Positions 63,983 through 64,000 of a DNA stretch of 64,000 nucleotides are shown here, one piece after another. The stretch covers positions 13,402-77,401 of the forward strand of contig CAYXBK010000016.1 of assembly GCA_964463165.1 (NCBI GenBank), in the 5' to 3' direction. Numbering within the stretch: position 1 is the stretch's first letter; every line of letters begins with the position of its first letter. The notes under the pieces were generated by a model that had not been told where the DNA came from, did not search any database, and worked only from the letters and a program-made list of their open reading frames with translations. A program made the translations under genes and the position numbers. This stretch comes from an uncultured Chitinophagales bacterium (GTDB taxonomy: Bacteria > Bacteroidota > Bacteroidia > Chitinophagales > BACL12).

Positions 63983-64000
63983 GGTATGTTTAAAATTGGT

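Overview
This is a Bacteroidota-type chromosome segment, judged from the SusC/SusD pair, a T9SS C-terminal sorting domain and core genes without Shine-Dalgarno motifs. Positions ~1-42.9 kb form a composite accessory region. It is bounded on the left by the 5' end of a P4-type integrase gene and on the right by a tRNA-Leu/tRNA-Gly array. It has three parts. (i) 0.7-12.7 kb is an AT-rich defence-like island. It holds a TIR-TPR protein, a co-directional cluster (Shedu/DUF4263-like nuclease, DUF4209/HEPN-like protein, second PD-(D/E)xK-like protein), a class II Fic protein and a large unknown protein. (ii) 13.7-35 kb is the backbone of an integrative mobilizable element. It holds ArdA-like, excisionase-type HTH, Toprim primase, RadC and ArdC genes, a MOBF TrwC-like relaxase-helicase, a coupling-protein-like ATPase and a GC-rich candidate oriT. 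No T4SS genes are visible. (iii) 35-42.7 kb holds a NarL-type two-component system and an AbiEi/AbiEii module packed with three unknown genes. The most striking unexplained signal is a ~180-nt structured non-coding element present three times on the + strand (13722, 21779, 23576). Each copy is fused to a conserved 65-codon ORF and followed by a hairpin and a cargo gene: ArdA-like after copy A, unknown proteins after copies B and C. Positions 43.4-64 kb look like core genome: ftcD, M23 peptidase, RsmB-like methyltransferase, murQ, two CMD-family genes around an MFS transporter, DinB, SusD/SusC, mltG, O-antigen-ligase-like and WbaP-like genes. A 7-nt tandem repeat lies upstream of the WbaP-like gene. 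All functional calls come from motif recognition by eye; no database search was possible.
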